From Eremomyces bilateralis CBS 781.70 (Eukaryota): a stretch of DNA of 64,000 nucleotides. Shown in pieces: positions 1 to 11,116 of the stretch. The stretch lies in assembly GCA_010015585.1 (NCBI GenBank), contig ML975192.1. One strand, written 5' to 3'. The translations under genes were made by a program, and so were the position numbers. Under the pieces are notes generated by a model. The model was given only the letters and a program-made list of their open reading frames with translations. It was not told the DNA's origin and ran no database searches. Position 1 is the first letter of the stretch. Each line of letters starts with the position of its first letter.

Positions 1-106
1 ACTGCGATCTGCTATTTACATCTGTGGGCAAACGGTCTACCCATCCCTTCTGCCTTAGGCCGCAAGGCCACAACACACAGACTGGGCAAAGCCCAAGACT
101 GTCACA
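1..106. mobile_element. LTR family A, copy 1 (cut by the window edge)
   Basis: Direct repeat of 5697-5802 with two G/A differences; ends ...GACTGTCACA. Confidence 0.8.
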
Positions 107-483
107 CAACCTACTAGTACGGAGGATCTCGGTTTTTATATCGATTTACATCCTGAGTTCTGATATATAGATGATGGTAGTAAAATTGTACTTTTGGCCT
201 GGGTTGTGGTTTTGGTCTGGGAGCACCCACAACCTCCGGTTGTGGGGCGGTCATGGGGCACGGATATGCCTCTGTAGCATCACAGAAACTAGGGTCCGAA
301 ATAAAGAGTAGAAACTGGACATCGGTGCGATGTTCGATGGAATAACTAGAGTATAGCATAGCACAGTGTGGCTAGATTATCGCCCAAGTTCAAGTGAACT
401 ATAATAGATTCATATACAGGTCGCGTGAAGACACGATTTTGTGCTTGTATTTCTTATCATGACCGTCAAATGAGCCCCCGAAT

Positions 484-3400
484 TCAACCCTGCCATCTTC
501 GTCCTATCTTTTCATTCGTTGTCGTTTCATTCGAAGGTGTTGTCTGATTCAATGATAACGCCTCATCAAGCGCCTCCGTTTCATTCAGGAATCTCGATAC
601 CGTCGACATCGCTGGCTTACCACACCCTTGCCCAGCTACATTGAAGTGGTAGTCTCGGGAAACCATACATCCATTCCCGAAATGTTTTGTCCCGCAGGAC
701 TTGCAAGTCGAAAATCTCATGATGTCTTGATATGCTTGCCACATATCTTTACCAGAGATGGTACACGACTTGCCAGTTTCGTCCTTGCCTTGAACATATA
801 CTTTGCATCCCTGACCTATGAGGCTATCGAGGGAGCACATCCCACTCTTTGGAAGTGCTTGATTGGCTTCGTATATCGTGTCCGGTTCATTCAGAAGGAA
901 ACTGGCAGCCAAGTCGCAGTTCTTGACTGTATTCAGAGCGTGCCCGCAAAGGGGTGCACCCTGACAATCGTAAGCTCTTTGGCCGATGCAGTACGCGTTG
1001 TCGGTGCCCTTCTTCTCCGACATATCGCTTGGGCATGGAAGAAAAACGTTAGTAAACCGATTGTAGCCTTCCGTTTGAATGACGGCATAGGTTGGATCCA
1101 CTCCCTCATTCGATGTTCCCATCGGGATAACCCACTTGAAGTGAGTTTTGTCTCGAGTAATTTTGACATTGTTGCGCTCTCCAACTTCCTTCCATTTGAA
1201 TTCGCGATTGTCGTTGGCATCAGCTGTAGCGGGTCCATCATATTTGAATAATGTTGAGCCTTCAACCATATAATGAGCAGTAACAAAATTGGGGCCATAG
1301 GATATTGGCCATGCACCCCAATTGTGGTATCTGCTATCATCCGTGAAGTAAATGCGGATAAAACCATAAGGAAGGAGGACATTTGCTTCAATTGTCGTCT
1401 CTGTAGGCGAGGTTTTGATCTTGACGTCCCGCACAACACGACCATCAAGTCCCTTGGTTGCTCCACCGTGGGGGTTAGAAGCATCTCCCATCTTGCCATC
1501 AGCGCCAATAGCCTTGACAGTCACCACCATAGCCTTTGTCTCTATTAGGATATTCCCGATAGTGACCTTGCGCATGAAACCTGGTAAGCGGACTAGTTCT
1601 TCCTCGCCGGTATATACGGCGAATCCATAGGGGTTCCCCCCGGGGTGGCTCCATTCGACATGAAGAGAGGTGTAGTCCAGGCCAGTGACTTTTGTAACCG
1701 GCTTCCCTGGTGAGCTTCCACCGTTATAAGACGAAAGATGGTCCTGAATAAGAGGGCTGCCACCTGGAACGAAGTTGATGATTTTGTCCATGTATGTTTC
1801 GCTTGGAAGAGAGTTGTAAGGATTTGGCATGACTGCGGGAGTGATGTGAATAAGACCTGCTTTATTTTCGGCGGCCAACTTAGCTACCTCGACCGCTCTG
1901 TCCTCCGGAACTTGATAGATGATATGCCATATCTTTCGAGGGTCGCTTGGTTTCCAATTAATCTCGGTATAGTTCTTCATGATGTAGTTTTCGTAACTAC
2001 TCTCGAAAGTCATGAGCGTATCCGAGCTACGAGTCGTTAGCTGCGTGCGTACAAGACATAAATTGGAGCGAGAAAGCCATGTACGAACCTATTTTCGTAG
2101 CACTTTTCCACTCCGGTTCCAGGATTGAGCACGGTGTAAGCTCCAGGATATTTACGTTTGGTATTATCGCTGATGAATTGATAAACTTCGGCCCACCTAT
2201 TAGGATTGCTTGTATCACCGCATTGATTCCATCCTTCATCAAAGAAGATGCCTCCTATTTTATCTGCCCCATATAACCTAAATTAAGTTAATACTGGACG
2301 CTGAATTCTTGAGCTTTGTGTACTTACTTGTACCATAAATCTACGTCACGTTCGATTTGAGCGACCCAGTCTTCCACTGTTCGTGAGCCCAGCCGAGTTT
2401 CAAATGGTTCAAACTTTGGGTCATCGGAGGTAGCCAATCCAAGGTACCCTGTTCTCACATAGCCAATAACTTTCTTCTTCTTAGCCACTGCCTCTGTGAG
2501 AACGGCCATCCACTTTTTATTAACAGCCACGTCCGGGCCGTTCAGGACATTTGCAACCAGGACGCTGACTTTGTCATTGGGATAGGCGATCATTCTCCTC
2601 CATAGATCGTACCCTCCTCCTGGGTGGATGTAAGAAGCAAGAGCTACTTGTTCTGTGGTCAAGAATGTTAGTTAAATTACTTGAACCACGTTATGCGGCG
2701 GTTAAATGAAGGATCAAGTACTTACGGCCAGCGTCGCCGCCCGAGCCTCCTGGTGTCGATGGGTTAGGGCCTGTCTCATTGCCCGGTTGGGGGAGGGGAC
2801 CTTCTATTACGCCAGGCACTGCGTCGATCTGGGCAACGAGGGCCTCGAATTCTGCGCCGATGGCAGCGGCGCTGATGTCCCTCGCGACGCCGCCGACGTC
2901 GGGGCAGCCGGGGCGGAAGATATCGTTGCCGGAGTCGTATGGCGGGTCAGACACGGTGTCGTCCGGCTGCGCGGGCTCGGTCTCGAGGAGGGGCGGTCCG
3001 CCGTCCACGTCGCGTGGCTCCTGCAGCGGCGCCATCCTCCTGACATTGGGCCTGTCCGGGTAGACGAGAATCTGCTTCTGGACGTACTTGGCCATGGCGA
3101 ACCAGGCAAAGTTGTCGGCGTTGCGCTGTGGATAGTAACCCGACCACTGGGCAGTGTTATAGGGCGGTGGCTCGACATAGTTGGCCAGCACCTTGGCGAA
3201 CAGCGGCCCGTACATGGACTCCCACGAGCGCCTGCCGTTCCAGATGACATTGCTCTGTAGGTCGCGCACGTAGGGACTCGACGCGTTGGCGTTCATGAAA
3301 TAGTTGAGATGGGTGATCTCGTGGAAGAAGACACGGGCGTGGTTGTCCCAGTTCATGAGGTCCTTTTTCTCCGGCAGGGTCTTGCCGCTGTTCACGGCGG

Positions 3401-4115
3401 TAATCTCGCCCAGGGTCTTAAGGTTGAAGAACTCGGCGCAGAAAGTGATACGGTCGTACCATAGGGTGGGGTCCCTGCCGTAGCCCCGCGTGTTCTCGCT
3501 GAAGGCCTGTGACTTCATCTGGTGTGCCTGTCCGACTGGCGGCTGGCCAGTCCTGGAGCATTGTCCGTTGTTGGTCGCATCACCGCAGGCGTTCGTGGGA
3601 TCCGTGCTATCAGGGCCCGCCTTGCCGTCGCTGCAGCGTACCTCGATCCACAGGAAGCGGAACGACGAGGCTGGATTTCCGATGAGTCGGCTCCACGGGT
3701 ACTCCCAAATTTGGGCGGCTTGGTGATAGATCTGCTTGATTTCAGCCCTCGTATCGTCCGTAAGCGGCCACTGGTTGATCGGAGTGTTCTTGCCGCCCCA
3801 GAAATCCGTCGCGGCCTGAAGCTTCCACTGAATATCATTGAGCTCGCCCAGTGCAGCAATCTGCTGGAAGTCGCGAAAGGCTTGCTGGATGACATGAACG
3901 CGGTCGCCGATGCCGTTGCAACCCTTGAATCCGTACAGCCGCGTGCCTCGGAGGTTTTCTATCGCGATCGGGCTGCCGTCGTCGTTATTTAGTGGCGGAT
4001 ACGGCTGGATTGGATCGTTTGTAAAGTCGGGCGCGACGTCCCAGACGGTAAGAGCGGCCGCAACGTGCAGCAACACCAGCCCGCTCTGTAGCAGCTGAGC
4101 GAGGAAACGAGCCAT
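484..4115 (-). CDS. Secreted multidomain protein (~1148 aa): signal peptide, M35/aspzincin-like metalloprotease, Pro/Gly linker, spherulin-4 (GH135) domain, FN3, beta-rich domain, C-terminal KP4-like Cys-rich domain
   Basis: Three GT-AG introns (2653-2725, 2278-2327, 2027-2088) join the track ORFs in frame (3447 nt). Motifs: MARFLAQLLQSGLVLLHVAAA signal; FFHEITH and RNADNFAWFA; VIGYVRTGY, GGIFFDEG, VLNPG, LMTFE (spherulin-4); YDCQGAPLC...CTISG...CKSCG...(KP4 pattern). Confidence 0.8.
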
Positions 4116-4612
4116 CGCGTTTGTAAGCTGACTGTGACGTTCTCCTTGGGTATGTCTAGAGCGCTTTGAAGGCACGCAGCCCGCGTATATAAGCACCTTA
4201 GACTCTGGCGTGTAAACATTTTACTACCTGGCCGAAGCCCTGCTATCGTTGCGTCGAACGGGGCCATGTTGAATAAAATTTGATATTCCACTTCTAGAGT
4301 GCAGGAACAATGTTGCGAAGAGTTGGATGCCTTTCCTAGACACTTACCCTTGCGGGCAGATAGAAAACTGCCCATGCCCCGCTGTTTCTCTTTCAAGGGT
4401 CCGTTAACTCGGAAAAACCCTTACGCGCTTTGCTCCCTATCGAATCCTTTGATCCTTCGCCCGTTTTATTTTAGGTCCGCGGATTTCCAGACTGCGAGCA
4501 AGTAAGCAAGCACAGGCCGATACCAGACCAAACTGTCCGTACGGATCAAATACGGCATCGTCGCATCCCACCATAAGCAACACGCCTCCACCGCTTGCTT
4601 CAAGCTCCAACG

Positions 4613-5371
4613 ATGAAGACACCTGCAGACAGATGTGAGTACATACAGGGCCCCTCTGCCAACAATACGTCTAGGCTCGAGCTGACTGCAACTTGGGAAA
4701 AAGGGGCAGAGCCCAGGCCGAAGCCCAAACCGTCGCCGCCGGAACGCTCGCGTGTCGTGCTTCTGGACGACAGCGTTTCCGTCTGGGGGTGGCCGTCACG
4801 TGGCGGCCTGATCGTGCTCGAGCAGGCCACCGCCCTCGACTTCGAGATGCTGCAGCTCGACAGCGTCAATCTGGCCCTGGCCCGCGACGACGACCGCGCC
4901 CGCGAGGACGAGCACTGCCAGCGCCTGCTCTGGCTCGGTGCCAGGTGGTTCGACAGTCGCGAGAGGTACGGCTTCGTGTGGAACCTCTCGAGGCAACTGT
5001 CCCCTGCCATCTCGGCCGTCGAGCGAGGCGAGCAGCCTGCGCCGACGAGGCCGGAGCGCTGGTGGGTCCGCGTCGCATTCTCTAACGGCCAGGATCCGCA
5101 TGGCGGTTTCTGGGTGGGCGAATGGGACTCCCGTATATACGGTTCGCGAGGCGACAGGCAGGCGCCAGTACATCTCGACGCCGCTCAAATTGCCCTCGCG
5201 CGTAACATGGGCGAGAAGTGCAGGATCCTCGAGGCTCTGGGGGCCACGTACTTTGACAGTCTGGACAGCTACCGGGGAGAGGCGTGCGTGAATGCCTGGC
5301 ACCATAAGCACACTGGGGAGTTCGGGCCCTTAGTCATCCACGACCACCAAGGCGTCAACGGTGACGACTAG
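4613..5371 (+). CDS. Hypothetical protein (~252 aa), GC-rich, divergent from the multidomain gene
   Basis: Uninterrupted ORF from ATG 4613 with GC3-biased codons and globular composition; no family recognised. Confidence 0.55.
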   Translation: MKTPADRCEYIQGPSANNTSRLELTATWEKGAEPRPKPKPSPPERSRVVLLDDSVSVWGWPSRGGLIVLEQATALDFEMLQLDSVNLALARDDDRAREDEHCQRLLWLGARWFDSRERYGFVWNLSRQLSPAISAVERGEQPAPTRPERWWVRVAFSNGQDPHGGFWVGEWDSRIYGSRGDRQAPVHLDAAQIALARNMGEKCRILEALGATYFDSLDSYRGEACVNAWHHKHTGEFGPLVIHDHQGVNGDD

Positions 5372-5573
5372 TTAGAGGCCCAACTCTCCTTTCCCACTGT
5401 AATAGTATAGTCGTATATAGGGCCAACTGCCGAGATGGCGGGTTCTTGTTCAGGAACCCGACCTTCCGTACAGATACACGCTCGAGCTCCTGACCTGGTT
5501 AAGAATTGCACGAACATCGACGGATTAAAGAAATTCGAAGGATTAAAGGATCCCAATCCCTTTTCTGGGGCCG

Positions 5574-5802
5574 TGTCACGGATTGATACTGGATGATGTA
5601 AAATCAAGGTAGTATGTCATGGGCCCAAACCACGAAGGATTTAGTAAGCTGGTAACGCTATTGAATTGCTAAAGAGAGAAGGAAAAGATCTCTCTTACTG
5701 CGATCTGCTATTTACATCTGTAGGCAAACGGTCTACCCATCCCTTCTGCCTTAGACCGCAAGGCCACAACACACAGACTGGGCAAAGCCCAAGACTGTCA
5801 CA
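5574..5802. mobile_element. LTR family A, copy 2 (229 bp, TG...CA)
   Basis: TGTCACG...CTGTCACA ends; right part matches 1-106; no TSD found. Confidence 0.75.
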
Positions 5803-6612
5803 CATGACACCGATTCGCGATATCTTCTTATCGTTATTACGCGTGAGCCATTATAGTCGATACGAACTCGTGGTGCTATTTTAGTTTCCGGGCTATCTCT
5901 ACTCCTTTCTATTCCTTACTAGTTAATAGCGCGTTATCGTTAGGGTTCGGGTCTGGTAGCTAGAGATAGTCTCCTAAGTTCGGGTGATACCCATAGCTTA
6001 AGAAAAACGGGCTTATTGCTGTCGATGAGGCCGTTCGTGCGAGCACGGAGGCTTAAAGAGTTAGGAGGTGCTCGTCCTAATTATCTTAGAAGAAATCGTA
6101 GAAGTGTCGGAGGTACTCTTCTAAGACCTAATTTATCCTTTCTATACTTCTATCGGTTTCTGGGTAAAAAGTAGTTAATAATCGTTACTTAATGACACGG
6201 TCTGGATGCGCAAGGTCTGCGATTACCAAGTTCCATTAATCTAAACTGAAGAGAGAGAGAGAGAGAAGAAATCTCCCGGCACCTTTGTGCGCGAGATAGC
6301 GACTCTCCTCTCCAATGCCCTACTGCTGTGTTACCATGTTTGTTTGCTTCTCTGATATAATCCACCAGCCACGTCTTCAGCCACAACCAAGGGAACAGGC
6401 CACAGGCCTGGGACCATAACACTTAATTCCTAATATCTTATAGATTTATTTCTAGACTCCTTTAACGAAGTTATCTCCTCTGTCTGATATAATGGCTATT
6501 GGTAGCAAGTGGTATAGAATGTAGTGCTTAATCATCATAGCTGCTACTGTCTCTCCTTCCATATCTTTACAGGGGATAAAGATCGCGCCTTTGCCTAACC
6601 TGTCAACAATCC
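5803..6612 (-). pseudogene. RIP-degraded Ty3/Gypsy integrase fragment, interrupted by a solo LTR
   Basis: Translates to IVDRLGK...IISDRG...TTFYPETDRSIERIN*VLEEYLRHF...ISPFFLSYGYHP with TAA/TAG stops at expected Q/W codons. Confidence 0.85.
6193..6421. mobile_element. Solo LTR family B (229 bp) with 5-bp TSD CTTAA
   Basis: TGACACGG...CCATAACA flanked by CTTAA at 6188-6192 and 6422-6426; the integrase frame continues on both sides. Confidence 0.9.
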
Positions 6613-6743
6613 TCCGTGGGGGAAGAAATTGATGGCCCATACAAAGCGTCTTGGCACTACATCACCAGTTTTCCAGATCTTTACAACTAACAGATTACAA
6701 ACTCCAACCTACTACAACGCCACCGTCTTCTCTTCATGGAACG

Positions 6744-6883
6744 TGTAGAAGTATTGATACGTGATTGATTAATCTATCTAGGAGTATGGGAGGCCTCGGA
6801 GGAATAGGAGGTGACCACATGGTACTAGCCGTATTGGGATGTCACCTGACTCCCAACCTCTAGAGGATGGTTGATATCTAACA
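6744..6883 (-). mobile_element. LTR family C (140 bp), 3' LTR preceded by a polypurine tract
   Basis: Minus strand reads AAGGAGGAG|TGTTAGA...TTCTACA; an inverted partial copy lies at 8085-8205. Confidence 0.7.
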
Positions 6884-6996
6884 CTCCTCCTTAAACATCA
6901 TCTTCAGGGTAAGGCCGTCGTTAAGGTGGCTCACGCGGTGCTTCAGGGGCAGTTTGCCGTTCCGGGATGTCCGTGGGTGGTGTTGAAGGTGCTGGG

Positions 6997-7340
6997 TAAA
7001 GGGCTAGGTGGTTCTTGATCGGATTGAGGGCTTGAAATAGTGAGCCAGTAACGAGAGGTTATTCACCGTGTAAGCTGTGTCTCAGTAGTCCTTCCAGTTA
7101 AGGGCCTAGGTGGTTCTTGATCGGATTGAGGGCTTGAACAGTGAGCCAGTAATGAGGGGTTATTCACCGTGTAAGCTGTGTCTCAGTAGTCCTTCCAGTT
7201 AAGGGTCTAGGTGGTTCTTTGGTGATAAAGTCCTAAGATAGTTTCTTGGTCGGATTAAGGGCTTGAAAGCGGTAAGACAGTGACGTTGAGTTTATTTAAC
7301 GTGTGACGTGTGTATCAGTGGTCCTTTCCAGTTAAGGTGT
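6997..7340. repeat. ~102-bp tandem repeat, about 3 copies
   Basis: Unit CTAGGTGGTTCTTGATCGGATTGAGGGCTTGAA...CAGTAGTCCTTCCAGTTAAGGG repeated; third copy diverged. Confidence 0.9.
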
Positions 7341-7384
7341 GGTTCATGTTGTTGTCCTTCTTGTATATCGGTGGAGGGGTAGAA

Positions 7385-7790
7385 GGAGTCCCGCTCGATC
7401 AGCATATCTCTGGAGGGGAGCAGTGATCCCGCTCGATCAGTGTATCGCCGGAGGGGAGGAGTGATCCCGCTCGATCAGCGTATCGCCGGAGGGGAGGATG
7501 GTCTCTGTGGTACCGGAGGAGAGGATGGTCTCTGTGGTGCCGGAGGAGAGGATGGTCTCCGTGATGGGGTTGGTCGCCGTGGGAGAGGATGGTTCCCTCG
7601 GTGGCGAGGGATGACGGTAGAGAGGAGGTAGCTCCCCCGTAGCCATAGTATCGTGATGCTTATGGGTAGTATCAACGGGATTGATGGCTCCCCCGCAACC
7701 ATGGTATCACGATGCTTATGGGTGGTATATCGATCCATGCAGGCGGAGATTGATGGCTCCCCCGTAACCATGGCATCGTGATGCTTGTGG
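7385..7790. repeat. Cluster of minisatellites (~36-bp, 27-bp and ~60-70-bp units)
   Basis: TCCCGCTCGATCAG x3; GAGGATGGTCTC x3-4; CTCCCCCG(T/C)A(G/A)CCAT...GATGCTT x3. Confidence 0.85.
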
Positions 7791-8084
7791 TTGAAGTGTT
7801 CGCGTAGGTACGAGGTCTATGGCTCTCCGTGTCGTCGACGAGGTTAAAGAAGACCACGGTATGGATAGCTTCGGCAGAGGTGATAGGCTGTAAGGTCACG
7901 AGATGGTTGTGGGCATAGAGTGAGATGGTCACGAGTAATAGACGAGTAGTGGACGAGTCAAGCGGTATAGATTGATAATATCTGTGCCTCAATACTTAGA
8001 CTGATCCTTAAAGAAGGAGAAGGAGAAGGGTTCAATGAAGGGTCCTCAAATAGTGGCTCCATTGTGTTACACGTGACTTAGCAG

Positions 8085-8205
8085 TAGAGGTTAGGAGTCA
8101 GGTGACATCCCAATACGGCTAGTATCATTTGTGGTTACCTCCTATTCCTCCGAGGCCTCCCATACTCCTAGATAGATCAATCAATCACGTATCAATAATT
8201 CTACA
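8085..8205 (+). mobile_element. LTR family C, inverted partial copy
   Basis: Reverse complement of ~6744-6865 with few mismatches; ends TTCTACA. Confidence 0.8.
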
Positions 8206-9180
8206 AGAACTATTTAATAACTAACAGCGAACCTTAAGGACGGAAGAGAGTGAGTTCCTTCTGCCTATTGATTCGTATATGCTTGCTGAACTGATGTAGA
8301 ACTCTTGGACAGCCGATCTCTGAATATGTTTTCTAAAGGATCTTCTTCTTCGACTGTAGCAGAAGATGGCGCATCTGCTCCATCTTCATTGTTACCGCCT
8401 CCAACATCGAAGCAAGGACTCGCGATCGGGGGGCGCGGTAGTTTGTGTAGCAGAATGGTCGATAGCTAGGATCTATAGCTCCGAATTCCAAATTTTTGAG
8501 ATAGAATTGGTCTATATTGCGCGTAGAATCATTCCATGAAGCTAATGATGTTGACCTAAATGCTCACCAATTTGCATGCCACGAACGTCAACGTCACCAA
8601 AAAATTTCAAATTTGTCTCAGGCCCTTCGTGTGGGTAACCCATTTTGGGTTAGCGCCTTGGCGTCCCACTAAGGGCCTGAGAGTCTGAGGTAACATAAAC
8701 ATTCCCCACCTAGCCTCCATAGGAATCCACATCTTCTCTACTATCAGTCTTTGTAACACATACGAAACCATAACAGAATCCCTCTAGTATTTCAAGCCTG
8801 CGGCTACAATGCATCCAGGGCAAGAATAATAATGGCATTGGAAACTAAGATCAAAACGCATAGATTTCATGGGAAAGGCTTCTGGAGACACGGAGTTGAT
8901 GAACTCCGATTGGAGCCGATGTTCCTGATTTAACTTTCCTGTGCGGGCCGAACCCATCCCGTTCCGACAGCAAATCGTGGGGCTTCACATGTCTTCGCAT
9001 GGCAAAATCATAAATCTGGGGAACATAAATGTGTAGCCGGTCGTCATAAAGCGTACTCACAAATTTGATCAATGGATTTCGAAGCAAGACCTTCTGCTGC
9101 GCTCCGTGTGATCCCCTCACAACCACCATAAAACCTACTATTTGGACCCAGCCTATCATCATCAAATATATTGAACCAAC

Positions 9181-9540
9181 ATGAGGATCCATGCCGCTGT
9201 GATCTTCGCCATTGCTGGTACTCCTCTCGCGCAATCACCCACTATTACCTCATCCGGAGTGCCTCTTCCCAACGCAAGCGAATTCGCCTCCCAACTCGAC
9301 GCCCTCAATGCCTATGTTAGCACCATGGACCCCGCGGAACAGTCCAGTGTCTTAGCGGTCATGGAGTCTGGGTACGACATCGGGACTGCTGTGGCCAACA
9401 GCTTTCTTTCATCCATACAAGCCAACTCGCCTAGTGCCACGATTCAAGGAACAACAAGCGGAGGAGCTGCGCCAACCTTAGGAGTACATACAATGGCAGG
9501 GCTTGCCGGTGTTGGAATGGCGGCTCTTGGGATGTTGTAA
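9181..9540 (+). CDS. Small secreted Ser/Thr/Ala-rich protein, probably GPI-anchored (119 aa)
   Basis: N-terminal signal MRIHAAVIFAIAGTPLAQ; C-terminal SGGAAPT...AGLAGVGMAALGML, a typical omega-site plus hydrophobic tail. Confidence 0.7.
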   Translation: MRIHAAVIFAIAGTPLAQSPTITSSGVPLPNASEFASQLDALNAYVSTMDPAEQSSVLAVMESGYDIGTAVANSFLSSIQANSPSATIQGTTSGGAAPTLGVHTMAGLAGVGMAALGML

Positions 9541-10034
9541 TAGGCAGAGGAGAGGACTAGAAGAGACTTGCGGGCTCAATTTCAGGCTTGGGATAATAGG
9601 ACTAGCAGGTTCATGCGGAGCATGATGAATGTACAGTTAGCATTGTCTTGATAATACGAAAAGCGGCTGGCTCACTTGACATGGACTTATTTCAGTTGGG
9701 ACTCAGGCATCAAGATCCTTTGATGTTTGGATGACCACTTTCAAGATGGTCAATCTCTTTTACCAACCTTTCCTTTATACGAACATTCTTCTATAAAGAC
9801 AAAGGTAAGGAATTTGCTGCAAACGGATAGGCAGGAAGGCTATATAATGAGCGGTCCTATACTGTTATTTAGTAAATCACAACTCAACTATTCTATAGAT
9901 ATTGGACTGTCATTCTAAGAACAACAGCTACAGCTGGTATTGTTCTTCGGCTTATCTTTCTTCCTTTGAACTATATGGAGTTCCTTACCCACTGTGCCTG
10001 AGGTTGAGCCTCTGCAGACATTCCAATCTCAACA

Positions 10035-10293
10035 GGAGGGTAATCGCGTCGTGAAGGCATTCCGTTAAGACGAGTACGTAGAATACTTTCAGGAACGTTA
10101 TAGGTCGTTGCAGCAGTTAGGACACGTTTTATTTAGCCTTATTTAATAGCTAGTTTCGCTAATTTAACCCTGGCTTTGTTTAAAGGTAATTAAGGTTGTT
10201 ATTATTAAGACATTGCGAAAATAGGGGGGTGATCGCTATGGTGAGTGAAAATTCGCAGCTCGGTGGTTTCCGCAGCTCGGTGGTGGATTACGT
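10035..10293 (-). mobile_element. Truncated pogo/Fot1-like (Tc1/mariner) transposon 5' end, RIP-damaged
   Basis: TA|ACGTAATCCACC terminus with doubled CCACCGAGCTGCG; damaged HTH-psq start (ARVKLAKLAIK*G*IKRVLTAATTYNVPESILRTRLNG). Confidence 0.8.
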
Positions 10294-10311
10294 TAGATAG
10301 GACAAAGATAG

Positions 10312-10756
10312 TGTCGCACGTGATGTGCTAAAATGGTTGGGAGTGAGGTGCTGTTGTTCCAGCAGCGAAGTTGTTGTATTGTTGTGTGTTCTAGGTATCT
10401 GAAAGTTGCGTTCAAGTTGCGTGTTCTTATGTCAATGCCTGGTCCCCTGGCCCTCCAGATATATGAGATTCGTGGCAAGTTTATTAATGCAGTTTGTAGC
10501 CTCGAGCTGTCGCAATATGCCCCTGTTGGTTTCTACTGCCACCTAACATTCCTTTCACTGCCCCCTACCCCTGGGCTAGGCCTAATCAGGACTCTTCAGT
10601 GTTCTCCTATGTATTTAAGTTATCTTCATCTGGCTACTAGCTAGATCTCTTTTCCTAGACAATGGGAATCGTTAATACCAATTTGCGTTATGACTCTACA
10701 GTAACTGAGCCTAAGCAGCAATCGTGCTTAATCATCATCCCCGCATAAATGCGACA
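10312..10756 (-). mobile_element. LTR family D (445 bp)
   Basis: TGTCGCA...TGCGACA inverted termini; last 92 bp identical to 14403-14494; PPT-like TCTAAGGGAG just upstream on the minus strand; no TSD. Confidence 0.7.
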
Positions 10757-10785
10757 CGAGCTCCCTTAGATGAAACCTTGGTCTG

Positions 10786-10985
10786 CGACAAGTACCATCC
10801 TCTGTCGAGGATTGTTAGATGCCCTACCAGGCAACCTGATTAGGTAATGCCCTACCAGGCAAGGCTGTCTGCCTTCTCAGTTTTCCAAAAGGCTGTCTGC
10901 CATCCTAGCTACGCAACGTTTGGGGGGTTGCACCCCCTCTCGCTCCGCTCGACCCCCCGCCATCCGGATCCTATGCTAGGAGGGA
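10786..10985. repeat. Viral common region, downstream block, copy 1
   Basis: GCCCTACCAGGC repeats, GGGGGGTTGCACCCCC hairpin, CCATCCGGATCCTATGCTAGGG; homologous to 12352-12520 and 13953-14190. Confidence 0.9.
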
Positions 10986-11116
10986 TATTTGGTTCACTTA
11001 GTGAAACCAGTCTAAAGCGACAAGGCACTAAGGTAACGAGGTGTATAATATAATCGTTAACTACTAAGACAATAGTAAGCCACTGGCGTAATAGAATCAA
11101 CCAATGACCGTATTAA

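Noticed and set aside
2706..5311. Many overlapping antisense and alternate-frame ORFs
   Set aside because: Expected shadows of GC-rich coding sequence.
6997..7790. CRISPR-like array
   Set aside because: The repeats are contiguous tandem units without unique spacers; the host is eukaryotic and there are no cas genes.
7437..7992. Short Pro/Ser/Thr-rich ORFs
   Set aside because: They are products of translating minisatellites.
11035..11060. TAATATAAT in a weak 6-bp stem as a genomovirus-type nonanucleotide origin
   Set aside because: It lies in the 3' region of segment A only and is not conserved in the other units.
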